A stretch of DNA of 64,000 nt from an uncultured Spirochaetaceae bacterium (lineage in GTDB: Bacteria > Spirochaetota > Spirochaetia > SZUA-6 > DRHE01), in NCBI GenBank assembly GCA_964588355.1, contig CAZPPB010000001.1:20695-84694 (forward strand). The letters run 5' to 3'. The position numbers and the translations under genes are program-made. The notes under the pieces are model-generated. The model made no database searches and was not told the origin of the DNA. It saw only the letters and a program-made list of their open reading frames with translations. Positions 15,972 to 24,889 of the stretch are shown here, piece by piece (position 1 is the first letter of the stretch; the number at the start of each line of letters is the position of its first letter).

Positions 15972-18488
15972 CTACAGGTCCTCCAGCTGCAGCGCAAGCT
16001 CCCTGTACACCTGGTTGATCACCTCACTGCGTCCATTCTGTTCGTCCGCCAGAGTCTCCAGGCTGTACAGACTCTCTTTCAAAGCGGTGAGGTAGTTGCG
16101 GGTGCCCCGAAACCAGTAGTTGCCCTGACCGTCGGTGTGGAGGGCCAGAAATCCGAGCCGCTTTTTCGTTAATCCGCAGAGCTTGAGCAGATCGGACAGC
16201 GAGCCCTCGAGGTCTTGAAAACCATCCGGGAGTGAAAAGGTTCCCTCCGGAACCTGCTGCAGCATCTGCTCCGGCTGTATGCGGGGAACCAGCTTCAAAA
16301 TCGTGGACAGGCGCATGCCCCTGCAGGCCGTGTATTCGCCGAGTAGCAGCCTGCCGCGAAGCTTGTGGTAGTGAGGGAGCGGCTGCGCGCCCCCCGCTGC
16401 GACAACCCGTCGAATCGTTTCCCAGGGAAGGAGCACCGTCTTTTTCTTGCCCTTTTCCACCCGGACCTCGAACAACTCCCGGCCTATTTTCACATGATTC
16501 GTGAAATCCCGTTTTTTCCGTTCTCCCCCCTTTTCCCCTTTGCCCGGGCCGGCTCCCATGGGGACGAGCTGCCGCTCGAGCTCGGGGGATATACGCTGCA
16601 GCCAAGCACGGCGAAGCGGGGACACCGAGTGGGCCCAGGTGCGGGAGGTGCGCACGATCTCCCCGGCCACGATGTAGGTGGGATTTTCCCGAAACAGGCC
16701 GGATCCCGGATGGATCTGGATGCGCCCGGCGGTCGCGGTTTTGTACACTCCTCTGCCGGAGCGTACGCAGACGAACTGGATCAGCCCACGGGCTATGCAG
16801 CACAGGTAGTCGGCGATCTCTCCCCCCGAACCTATCGGGACTCCCAGCTCCGAGGTAATCTCCTCCAGCTGCACTTTGATGCTGACGATCTCGTTCATCG
16901 TCCGCAGATCGAGGTAGAAGCGCCTGCAGAAATCCTCGGGGTTCCGGCTTTTGCGAAAAGCTTTGAACAGCTTCAAATAGGAGACAAAATCCCCCATGGG
17001 TTCGCGGAAGGAATGGTGAGCCTTTCTGGCTTCCAGCTCTTCGCCTGGAGGCAGGAAGAAGGGATTGCGGGTTGAGAGAAAGGCTACCCCGATCAGCACT
17101 TCCTCCAGCACGTTCGGATAGCTGTTGATGGCCTCCACGATCGCCCGGGCAAGCCGCGGGAGGATGGGATAGGCCAGCATGCGCTGTCCGACAGCCGTCA
17201 CCTCCCGGTACTCGTCCAGGGCGTCAAGGAGGCCCAGTGTTTCGATAGCGCTCAGGATACCCTCCCGGCCGGGCGTGGAAATAAAGTCGAATCCCTCGAA
17301 GTTCCGGATGCCCAGCTCGGCCATGCGCAGGACTACTTCGGAAAGGTCGGTGCGCAGGATCTCCTCCGTGGTGTACAGGGGACGCAGATCGTAGTCCCTT
17401 CGAGAGTACAGGCGGTGGCAGACTCCCGGCCGGGTTCTTCCGGCCCTTCCTTTGCGCTGATTGGCCGAGGCCTTGGAGATCGGGACCTCGATCAGGGAGG
17501 AGGTGTAGTTGCGCTGGTTGTAGTAGTTGATCTTGGCCCGGCCGCTGTCGATCACCGTAGTAATTCCATCGATGGTAACGCTGGTCTCGGCGATATTCGT
17601 GGCTACTATGACCTTCCGCCTGCCCGGGTACTCGTCGAACACCCGTTCCTGCTCTTCCGCTGACAGCCGGGCGTACAGCGGCAGGATCTCCAGACGCTTG
17701 CGGATCGGCAGACTCTGGATCCGGGCAATGCAGTTCTTGATGGCCCCTTCCCCGGGAAGAAAGATCAGGAGGTCTCCTTCAGCGGCGCCGGAAGAGCTGA
17801 CCTTCAGCACGAGCTGAGCGATTTTTTCCACCAGAGCCTCGGGTCCGCTTCCCGGCTTGGGTGGGTCGTAGCGGGTGTCGACCGGATACATCGGGGTTTC
17901 GATGTTCACGATGGGACAGGCGTCGAAGTATTCACTGAAGGTTTCTGCGTTGATCGTGGCGGAGGAGATCACGATCTTGAACTCCGGGCGTTCTTCCAAG
18001 ACCCGTTTGAGCAGGCCGAGAATGAAATCGATGTTCAGGCTCCGTTCGTGGGCCTCATCCACCATGATCAGGCTGTATCGGGATAGGGATCGATCCGCCT
18101 TGATCTCCTGCAGCAGGATGCCGTCGGTCATGATCTTGATCCGCGTTCCCACGTCGGTGCGGTCCTCGAAGCGCATTTTGAATCCGATGATTTCGGGGAT
18201 ACTCGTTCCCTGCTGGCGGGCGATGAACTCTGCCACGGATACCGCGGCTATGCGTCTGGGCTGGGTGACCCCGATCACCCCTTTGTCGGCGAACCCCGCC
18301 TCCAGGAGGATCTGGGGAATCTGCGTGGTCTTGCCGCTGCCCGTCGGGCTTTCCACGACGATAACCTGACTGGTGCTCAGGGCATCGAGGATTCGGTCTT
18401 TCTGCTGATGGACGGGAAGCTGCAGGGGATCCACGCTGATGAGGTCCGCTCTACCGATCCGGGTGCAGAAGTTCCGAGATACGCTCAA
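15972..18488 (-). CDS. hrpB: ATP-dependent DEAH-box RNA helicase, HrpB/HrpA family
   Basis: Walker A ESPTGSGKTTQIPQ, DEAHERS motif, HA2 and OB-fold-like C-terminal region. An 838-aa size fits HrpB. Confidence 0.85.
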   Translation of the reverse strand: MSVSRNFCTRIGRADLISVDPLQLPVHQQKDRILDALSTSQVIVVESPTGSGKTTQIPQILLEAGFADKGVIGVTQPRRIAAVSVAEFIARQQGTSIPEIIGFKMRFEDRTDVGTRIKIMTDGILLQEIKADRSLSRYSLIMVDEAHERSLNIDFILGLLKRVLEERPEFKIVISSATINAETFSEYFDACPIVNIETPMYPVDTRYDPPKPGSGPEALVEKIAQLVLKVSSSGAAEGDLLIFLPGEGAIKNCIARIQSLPIRKRLEILPLYARLSAEEQERVFDEYPGRRKVIVATNIAETSVTIDGITTVIDSGRAKINYYNQRNYTSSLIEVPISKASANQRKGRAGRTRPGVCHRLYSRRDYDLRPLYTTEEILRTDLSEVVLRMAELGIRNFEGFDFISTPGREGILSAIETLGLLDALDEYREVTAVGQRMLAYPILPRLARAIVEAINSYPNVLEEVLIGVAFLSTRNPFFLPPGEELEARKAHHSFREPMGDFVSYLKLFKAFRKSRNPEDFCRRFYLDLRTMNEIVSIKVQLEEITSELGVPIGSGGEIADYLCCIARGLIQFVCVRSGRGVYKTATAGRIQIHPGSGLFRENPTYIVAGEIVRTSRTWAHSVSPLRRAWLQRISPELERQLVPMGAGPGKGEKGGERKKRDFTNHVKIGRELFEVRVEKGKKKTVLLPWETIRRVVAAGGAQPLPHYHKLRGRLLLGEYTACRGMRLSTILKLVPRIQPEQMLQQVPEGTFSLPDGFQDLEGSLSDLLKLCGLTKKRLGFLALHTDGQGNYWFRGTRNYLTALKESLYSLETLADEQNGRSEVINQVYRELALQLEDL

Positions 18489-19761
18489 GCAGCTGTGGGA
18501 AGCCCAGCGCCTCGTAGTTGTGACGGCGTCCCAGATCTCTCAGGTTATACACATCTTTTTCCATTTCATTCCGGCCGTAGAAAATCGCCAGAGGAATCCC
18601 TTTTTTCTCGGCGTACTTCAGCTGGACCGCGACTCGTTTCGCCGTGGGGTAGATTTCCGCGGACAGACCCGTTTCCCGGAGGGTTTTGCTGAGTCTGTGA
18701 TATGCGCCCAGCAGAGGTTCATCGAGCAGGAGGATCAATACATCGGGGGCGCAACGGTTCGTGCCGGACACGCCCAGCTCTTCCAGAGCGGACAGCAGCC
18801 GGTCCAGTCCGATGGAAGCCCCGACGCCGGGTAACTGCTCCTTGGTGTACAAGGAGGCCAAATTGTTGTAGCGGCCTCCTGAACAGACCGATCCGATATC
18901 CGGGATCTTATCGAGATAGGTTTCGAAAACCACACCCGTGTAGTAGTCCAGGCCGCGGGTGATGGAGGGGTCCAGGAGCAGGCGTTGCTCTAATCCGCAC
19001 TCCTCGATGCACCCGGTAAGTTCCTGAAGCCGGGAAATCGCCGCACTGTCTTTCGGCAGCGCCGAGGCCAGCTTGTTCAGGGTTTCCCGATTGGACTCAC
19101 CGGGGATGATGAAATCGAGAATTTCCCGGGCCTGCTCCCGTCCCGAGAGCTCGACCAGCTGCGCGTTCACCTCCGCCGCTCCGATCTTCTTCAGTTTGTC
19201 GATTATACGAAGGATCGGCAGATACTCTCCGGCCAGTCCCATTCTCTCCAGCAGCTCGTTGAACAGCTGACGGTGGGAAAAGTACACCCGGAAGGCCTCG
19301 ACCCCCACAGCCTCCATGCTCTCGGCCATAACGGTCATGATCTCGAAGTCCGCCGAGGTCGAATCTACCGCTACGATGTCGAAGTCGATCTGGATGAACT
19401 CCCTGTAGCGGCCCCGCTGAGTGTTCTCGCCCCTCCAGACCTTGGCCATGTGGTAGCGTTTGAACGGAAGGGCAAGCTCGTGATAGTGAGCGGCCATGAA
19501 GCGGGCGAAGGGGACGGTCAGGTCGAAGCGCAGAGCCACATCCCGCTGCCCGTGATCGAGGAAGCGGTAGACCTGTTTGTCCGTCTCCCCGCCGCCCTTG
19601 CCCAGCAGTATTTCCGCGTATTCCATGGCCGGTGTATCGATGGGCACGAAGCCGAATGAGCGGAATACCCGGGTGAGTTTTTCCTGTATCGCGAGCTTCT
19701 GCGACTCCGTTTCGGGCAGGGAGTCCCGGAAACCCCGCAGATTTCTGGGTTCGATGATCAT
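18451..19761 (-). CDS. hisS: Histidine--tRNA ligase
   Basis: Class II aaRS motifs (RNLRGFRD..., LRFDLTVPFARF, GGRYNNL) and an anticodon-binding domain. Likely start is the internal ATG (MIIEPRNLRGFRD) at about 19761. The table ORF extends to 19806. Confidence 0.9.
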   Translation of the reverse strand: MIIEPRNLRGFRDSLPETESQKLAIQEKLTRVFRSFGFVPIDTPAMEYAEILLGKGGGETDKQVYRFLDHGQRDVALRFDLTVPFARFMAAHYHELALPFKRYHMAKVWRGENTQRGRYREFIQIDFDIVAVDSTSADFEIMTVMAESMEAVGVEAFRVYFSHRQLFNELLERMGLAGEYLPILRIIDKLKKIGAAEVNAQLVELSGREQAREILDFIIPGESNRETLNKLASALPKDSAAISRLQELTGCIEECGLEQRLLLDPSITRGLDYYTGVVFETYLDKIPDIGSVCSGGRYNNLASLYTKEQLPGVGASIGLDRLLSALEELGVSGTNRCAPDVLILLLDEPLLGAYHRLSKTLRETGLSAEIYPTAKRVAVQLKYAEKKGIPLAIFYGRNEMEKDVYNLRDLGRRHNYEALGFPQLLERISELLHPDR

Positions 19762-19881
19762 GATTGCCAGTTCAAAGAGTATCCCGATGGGTTTGCGGTG
19801 TGTCAAGGTGCAGCTTGATGCGAAACCGATCGATCACTACAATAGGGGTACTTCAAATCTTGAAAGCTGGACGATCACAAC

Positions 19882-20928
19882 TTGCTAGTACGCTACGGCA
19901 CCGATGCTGACGGAAAACCTGTAAAAAAAGCGGATGTATACACCGCGGAAGATCATCGCATCGATCCCGGATCGGTCGACGCCGATGCCCGGCGCATCAT
20001 ACGGCGCCTGCGCCGAGCGGGATTCAAGGCGTATGTCGTGGGCGGGGCCGTGCGGGATCTGCTGACCGGCCGGGAACCCAAGGATTTCGATATCGCCACG
20101 GATGCCTTTCCGCGCAGGATCCGGAAGATCTTCCCCAACTCCCGAATAATAGGACGCCGTTTCCGCCTCGTCCACATCTACGCCCAGCCGAGCCGGGGCA
20201 AGGGGAAGATATTCGAAGTTAGCACCTTCCGCTCCGGCAGGGCTTCAGAACAACCCAAAGGCCCCGAGATCTACGGCTCCATAGAGGAGGATGTGTGGCG
20301 CCGGGATTTCACGGTGAATGCTCTGTACTACTGTCCTCAGCGGCGGATCATCATCGACTTCGTCGGGGGTTTCAAGGACATCCAGCAAAAAAGGATCTGC
20401 ACCCTGGTTCCGGCGGACACCTCCTTCTGTGAGGACCCGGTGCGGATGATTCGGGGGATCAAGTACGCCGAGATGACCGGATTCCCCCTGAACGCCGCGA
20501 TCACCAGCTCGATAAAGCGGCATCGCCACAAGCTGGCTACCTGCTCCCCGGCAAGGCTCACCGAAGAGTTCTACAAGATTCTCGCCAGCGGCTATGCTGC
20601 CGGTATATTCCTGCGCATCTACCGGCTCAAGCTGCTGGAGGTATTTTTCCCGGCGCTGCATGAAGGCTGGCGGTCTTTGAGCAAAAAGCAGCTGCTCGAC
20701 AATCTGCGCTTGAATTTGGACGTTCTGGATCAACGCACCCGGAAAGACACCCTGAGCAGGGGATCGATGCTGGGATACGTAATACGCAGCTTCGATAAAC
20801 GATGGAGCCGTGCTGCGGAACCGGAAACGGTGATGGCGTGGGTCCAGGCGACCTGCAAACCCCTTCTGCCCTCCCGCAAGGAATGTCAGAGGGCGGCGGG
20901 TTTGCTCCTGCGCTGGATCACCGGATAA
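19882..20928 (+). CDS. Polynucleotide adenylyltransferase / CCA-adding enzyme family protein (PcnB/Cca head domain)
   Basis: Nucleotidyltransferase head motif YVVGGAVRDLLTGREPKDFDIATDAFP. Confidence 0.8.
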   Translation: MLVRYGTDADGKPVKKADVYTAEDHRIDPGSVDADARRIIRRLRRAGFKAYVVGGAVRDLLTGREPKDFDIATDAFPRRIRKIFPNSRIIGRRFRLVHIYAQPSRGKGKIFEVSTFRSGRASEQPKGPEIYGSIEEDVWRRDFTVNALYYCPQRRIIIDFVGGFKDIQQKRICTLVPADTSFCEDPVRMIRGIKYAEMTGFPLNAAITSSIKRHRHKLATCSPARLTEEFYKILASGYAAGIFLRIYRLKLLEVFFPALHEGWRSLSKKQLLDNLRLNLDVLDQRTRKDTLSRGSMLGYVIRSFDKRWSRAAEPETVMAWVQATCKPLLPSRKECQRAAGLLLRWITG

Positions 20929-22126
20929 CCTCTATGCGCTGCAGAAGAGAATCGCATTTTTCCGTGTAGGATTCGGCGTCCAGTTTCTTGGCCTCGAGCA
21001 GATAGTTCGCGGCCTGATCGTAGCGCTGATCCGCGAAGGCGTTCACCCCCAGTGCATAGTTGATCAGAGCCGTGTCGATTCCCATCTCCCTCGCCCTTGC
21101 GTAGTATGTACGGGCAAGTTCGAAATCTTTCTCCTGATAGGCGATCAAGCCCAGGTAGTAGTAGGGTATATAGTTGTCACTGCGAAGCGTGAGAGCCTGT
21201 TCAAAGCTCGAGCGGGCCGAGGACAGCTCCTCGGTTCCGTACTGCTCGACCCCCAGGCGCACCAGATCGTTGAAGGTCATTAAAGAGGAGATGTAGGACT
21301 CGAAGGAACTCTGCAGTTCCCTCAGGTCAACCCAGCGGAAGGCCTTTTCCAGCACCAGGCGGGAGTTGGCCCCCAGGCCGGCGGCGCTGTCCAGGGTTGC
21401 CAGGGACTCCCACAGTATTCTGTTGTGGATTCTCTCCGGGCTCTGGAGCAGAAAGTGGACCAGTCCCCAGGCGCTGGGGTAGAAAATCTCTATACGGGCC
21501 TGGGCCTGCGCCTTGTTGATCAGCAGGAGATCCCTGAGGGTAAATTTGTCTGTGATCTCTTCGCTGGAGAGGAGCTTCTTGAGCGATTCCAGCCAGGCAA
21601 AATTGGCCCTCCAGCTGAAACTCTCCGTCATCGGATCGTACTGGGAGTACTCCAGATAGGTAGCCGTTCCCTCTTCGATCCATAGGGGGGCGGCGGGCAT
21701 AAAGGCGGATAAAAACTGTATAAACCCGTAGTGAAGCAGGGAGGGATCGAAATCCTCTTCATCTCTCCGGAAACCGACGAGTTCGCTGCGGTTCGGATCG
21801 CTGTACGAGATGTACACGAAATCAGAACGAGTTTCGGAAATCAATCGGTTCAGATAGCTGTCGTAATCATCCTTGTCGCTGAATATGCGTACGCGCAGTG
21901 GAGATTCGAGCAGGTCGAGATCGAAGTGCAGGTACTCGTTGTACAGCGAGAGAGCCGCTTCGAGCTTGCGGGAAATCTCCATGGCCGCCGTGACGCCTGA
22001 GTCGGACAGGACCCGGTAGTGCTTGCTCGACCAGGTGTTCAGCGGCTGCTCCTGGCCGCTGCCCTGACCTGCGCACAGGAGCAGAAAGAGTCCGCTCAAG
22101 CCGGCTATACAGCGCGATAGTTTCAT
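20918..22126 (-). CDS. Hypothetical secreted protein / lipoprotein with C-terminal TPR repeats
   Basis: Signal peptide MKLSRCIAGLSGLFLLLCAG. TPR-like C-terminus (YYYLGLIAYQEKDFELARTYYARA...). No catalytic motif recognised. Converges on pcnB with an 11-nt overlap. Confidence 0.5.
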   Translation of the reverse strand: MKLSRCIAGLSGLFLLLCAGQGSGQEQPLNTWSSKHYRVLSDSGVTAAMEISRKLEAALSLYNEYLHFDLDLLESPLRVRIFSDKDDYDSYLNRLISETRSDFVYISYSDPNRSELVGFRRDEEDFDPSLLHYGFIQFLSAFMPAAPLWIEEGTATYLEYSQYDPMTESFSWRANFAWLESLKKLLSSEEITDKFTLRDLLLINKAQAQARIEIFYPSAWGLVHFLLQSPERIHNRILWESLATLDSAAGLGANSRLVLEKAFRWVDLRELQSSFESYISSLMTFNDLVRLGVEQYGTEELSSARSSFEQALTLRSDNYIPYYYLGLIAYQEKDFELARTYYARAREMGIDTALINYALGVNAFADQRYDQAANYLLEAKKLDAESYTEKCDSLLQRIEVIR

Positions 22127-22180
22127 AGCGTTCCCACGTCAACGTGATTTTAAGTCCTGAAGTGAGGGTATGTCAAATCA

Positions 22181-23263
22181 TTATTTCCGTTGTTTCTTTC
22201 GCCGCGTGCTCCGTCTGCGGGGTCCTTTAACCAGCATCAGGGCGATGGGGCGCAGAGACGGGACATCCTCCATAACGATCTTGAGGGCGGTCATCAGGGG
22301 AATGGCCAGCAGCACGCCGGGGGCGCCCCAGAACCATCCCCAGAAAAACAGAGAGAAGAACACGACGGGGATCGGGATTTTCAAACCCGATCCCACCATG
22401 GTGGGCTCTAAAACCTGGGCTACCAGATTCTGCAGGATCACCAGGACCAGCAGGAGCCACAGCGCTGTGCCGATAGAGGCAAACTGCACCAGTGCGATCA
22501 GCACCGGCAGTATAACGGCGACCAATGATCCAAGGTAGGGGATGAAATTGAGGACGAAGGTGAGAAAACCGAGAACGATAGCGAACTCTACCTGGAAAAG
22601 GGCCAGGGCGACGCCGGTTGATGCGCCGATGATCATGCTCACGAAGCTCTTGATGCCAACGTACTTGCGCAGGTCCTTGTCGATGTGCACGAGCACCAAG
22701 ACCAGCCTCTTGGCTTCTTTGCGCGGGAAACTGCGCAGCAGCTTGCGAGTCAGGGTGTACTTGCTGGCCAGAATCAGCATGGAGAAGAGGAAAACCAGGA
22801 GGAAATCCGCAACCAGGTTGGCTATGGAGCTGACGGTAGAGAACACCAGAGAGCCGATTTGGATCTTCTTCAGCTCATCGAGCAACCGCAGTTCGAAGAA
22901 ATCACCGGTGAGGACCTGAAAACGCTCCACCGCCTCGGCCAGCATGTTCACGAATGCCACCTGATAGCTCGGCAACCTCCTGGCGAACTCCAACGTGTTG
23001 TCGTAGAGGATGTAGCTGAACACGGTAGAGGCGCCCAGGAAGAGGACCCCGACGATGATCACACCCAGGACGGTCGGGAACTTCAGTCGGCGAAGAAGGG
23101 CGACCAGCGGATCCATGAAGTAGGCCAGGAAGGCGGCGATCAGCACCGGGATGAAAACTGAACGGGCTAACCGCAGGATGACTCCGGCGATCAGTATGGT
23201 GATGAGGGTGAGGAGGATATTACTTGTTACCCGTCTGTCTGATCCTTTTTGATACTCTGCCAA
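22181..23263 (-). CDS. AI-2E family (PerM/TqsA/UPF0118) transporter
   Basis: About 8 predicted TM helices and the family motif VFIPVLIAAFLAYFMDPLV. TTG start. Confidence 0.75.
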   Translation of the reverse strand: MAEYQKGSDRRVTSNILLTLITILIAGVILRLARSVFIPVLIAAFLAYFMDPLVALLRRLKFPTVLGVIIVGVLFLGASTVFSYILYDNTLEFARRLPSYQVAFVNMLAEAVERFQVLTGDFFELRLLDELKKIQIGSLVFSTVSSIANLVADFLLVFLFSMLILASKYTLTRKLLRSFPRKEAKRLVLVLVHIDKDLRKYVGIKSFVSMIIGASTGVALALFQVEFAIVLGFLTFVLNFIPYLGSLVAVILPVLIALVQFASIGTALWLLLVLVILQNLVAQVLEPTMVGSGLKIPIPVVFFSLFFWGWFWGAPGVLLAIPLMTALKIVMEDVPSLRPIALMLVKGPRRRSTRRKKQRK

Positions 23264-24155
23264 TGGTTACATTCACCTCTTTGAGTATTAGTCCCGTAAA
23301 GCTTTCGATATTTTTCGCTATGTATTCCTGCAGCTCGTACAGGGGGGCAGCGGCCTGGCCCAGGAAGGGGAGGCTGAGAACGATCTCCAATCCGTAGTCT
23401 CCCCGCTCCCTGTCGACGATCACCTTCTCAACGGTCATCGAGCTGTCGAACTCCTGGACGCAGTGGATTACCATCTGGGTCAGGGCCGCTTCCGAGATGC
23501 TGACACTGCCCCGACTGCTGAATTCCGGCCGCACCACCGTTTTTTCGATTATATTTCCCGATTTCAGCGGCTGGAAACGGCGTTTGAAGAAGATCTTCAT
23601 GGAGTCGAGAAAGATATGCGGGTAGTCGCGCTTGACCTCCAGGGCGGGTACGGGAATGATATGCTTCCCCTCGGAGTTGCGCGACCGGATGGCAGTGGTT
23701 ATTTCCTCCCTGGAGGCGATATCCTCTATCTGCAGTATCTTCATAGGATGGGGCAGCTTCAGCCTCTTCCCGATTTTTCTGACCATCTTTTCGGAAGTGC
23801 CGATGAGGAGGATTCGTTTGAAGTTCTGTTTGCTGAGGATCTGGCGTACGCTCTCGGCATCTTTGTCGTCGGCAAACAGGGCGGTGCCGATGGCCGACAG
23901 GATGCCTTTCTCCTTTTTTGCCGATCGTCCGGCCAGAATCTTCTGATCCCGGATCAGCAGTCCGTCGTCTACGATTATGTCGATCCCGTACTTCTCCGCC
24001 ACCAATTTGGCCCGGAAGCTTTTTCCCGTGCCGCTTCCCCCCACCAGCGCGAATACCCGAACCCCGCGCAGAGCGTATACCAGATGGTAGTAGAAATTCT
24101 TAAAGATAGACATCTTCCAGAGCGTTATTCCAATCGTGAGTGTACCTGCGAACAA
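23220..24155 (-). CDS. P-loop NTPase/kinase-like domain fused to a C-terminal Asp23/Gls24 (alkaline shock protein, DUF322) domain
   Basis: Walker A VFALVGGSGTGKSF with a downstream DDGLLI (Walker B-like). C-terminal region ISEAALTQMVIHCVQEF...VEKVIVDRERGDYGLEIVLSLPF..LYELQEYIAKNIESFTGLILKEVNVTIGRV aligns with the Asp23 core. Probable true start is the internal ATG (MSIFKN) near 24113. The table ORF starts at a TTG. Confidence 0.6.
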   Translation of the reverse strand: MFAGTLTIGITLWKMSIFKNFYYHLVYALRGVRVFALVGGSGTGKSFRAKLVAEKYGIDIIVDDGLLIRDQKILAGRSAKKEKGILSAIGTALFADDKDAESVRQILSKQNFKRILLIGTSEKMVRKIGKRLKLPHPMKILQIEDIASREEITTAIRSRNSEGKHIIPVPALEVKRDYPHIFLDSMKIFFKRRFQPLKSGNIIEKTVVRPEFSSRGSVSISEAALTQMVIHCVQEFDSSMTVEKVIVDRERGDYGLEIVLSLPFLGQAAAPLYELQEYIAKNIESFTGLILKEVNVTIGRVSKRIRQTGNK

Positions 24156-24188
24156 ACCGGGATGTCAATTGAGGGTGCCGGAGAGTCT

Positions 24189-24884
24189 CTATCGGCCGAG
24201 CAGGATCCGAAGAACCTCCTGCGCATCCGCGGCTGTTTTTAGTCTACCGATCAGATTGGGCTGCCGGAAAACAAGAGCAAGCTCGGCGATGATCTTGAGA
24301 TGCAGAAGCACCTGATTGGCGCAGATCAGGCAGAACAGATGCGTCGATCGACCGTCCAGTGAGTTGAAATCCACTCCGCCCCGGGATACACCAACGACGA
24401 TCCGCGGTTCGCTGACCGGGCACTCCTCCGGCTTTCTCGCGTGGGGGACGGCAATGCCCGGGAAGATGGCGGTGGAAACCATTTCCTCCCGTTCGGCCAG
24501 CTTTTCCACGAAATCCGCCTGGTTCTCCAACAGCTGCTGCCGGACCAGCGGCTCCGTCAGCAGCTGCAGAATCCGCTCCACCCCCACGTCCTCGATGTCC
24601 AGACGAACAAGCTCAGGTCGAAGCAGAGCAGAGAGGGGCACCGGGAGTTTCTCCGAATCTATCAAATTCTCCAGTTCCCGGTCCGGGAGGATTTTCATCC
24701 TGGTGATCAGCCAGTCATCGACAACCGAGCGCATGAACCGCCACTGACTGGCGACTTTGGTTGCAGGTATATCGCCGTTTTGAGCCATCTTCAGCAAAGA
24801 TCTCTTGGCTACCTTGAGATAATCCGCCATTTCGGCCAGAGTCATTATCTTTTTTTCTTCGTACATAGTAGATCCAGCATACAC
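24189..24884 (-). CDS. HTH (excisionase/HTH_17-type) DNA-binding domain fused to a PTS EIIA type-2 (PtsN/EIIA-Ntr-like) domain
   Basis: N-terminal MTLAEMADYLKVAKRSLLKMAQNGDIPATKVASQWRF is HTH_17-like. C-terminal VPHARK...THLFCLICANQ...LHLKIIAELALVF matches PTS_EIIA_2 with a candidate phospho-His. Start may be the internal M7 or M14. Confidence 0.65.
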   Translation of the reverse strand: MYAGSTMYEEKKIMTLAEMADYLKVAKRSLLKMAQNGDIPATKVASQWRFMRSVVDDWLITRMKILPDRELENLIDSEKLPVPLSALLRPELVRLDIEDVGVERILQLLTEPLVRQQLLENQADFVEKLAEREEMVSTAIFPGIAVPHARKPEECPVSEPRIVVGVSRGGVDFNSLDGRSTHLFCLICANQVLLHLKIIAELALVFRQPNLIGRLKTAADAQEVLRILLGR

Positions 24885-24889
24885 CTGTT

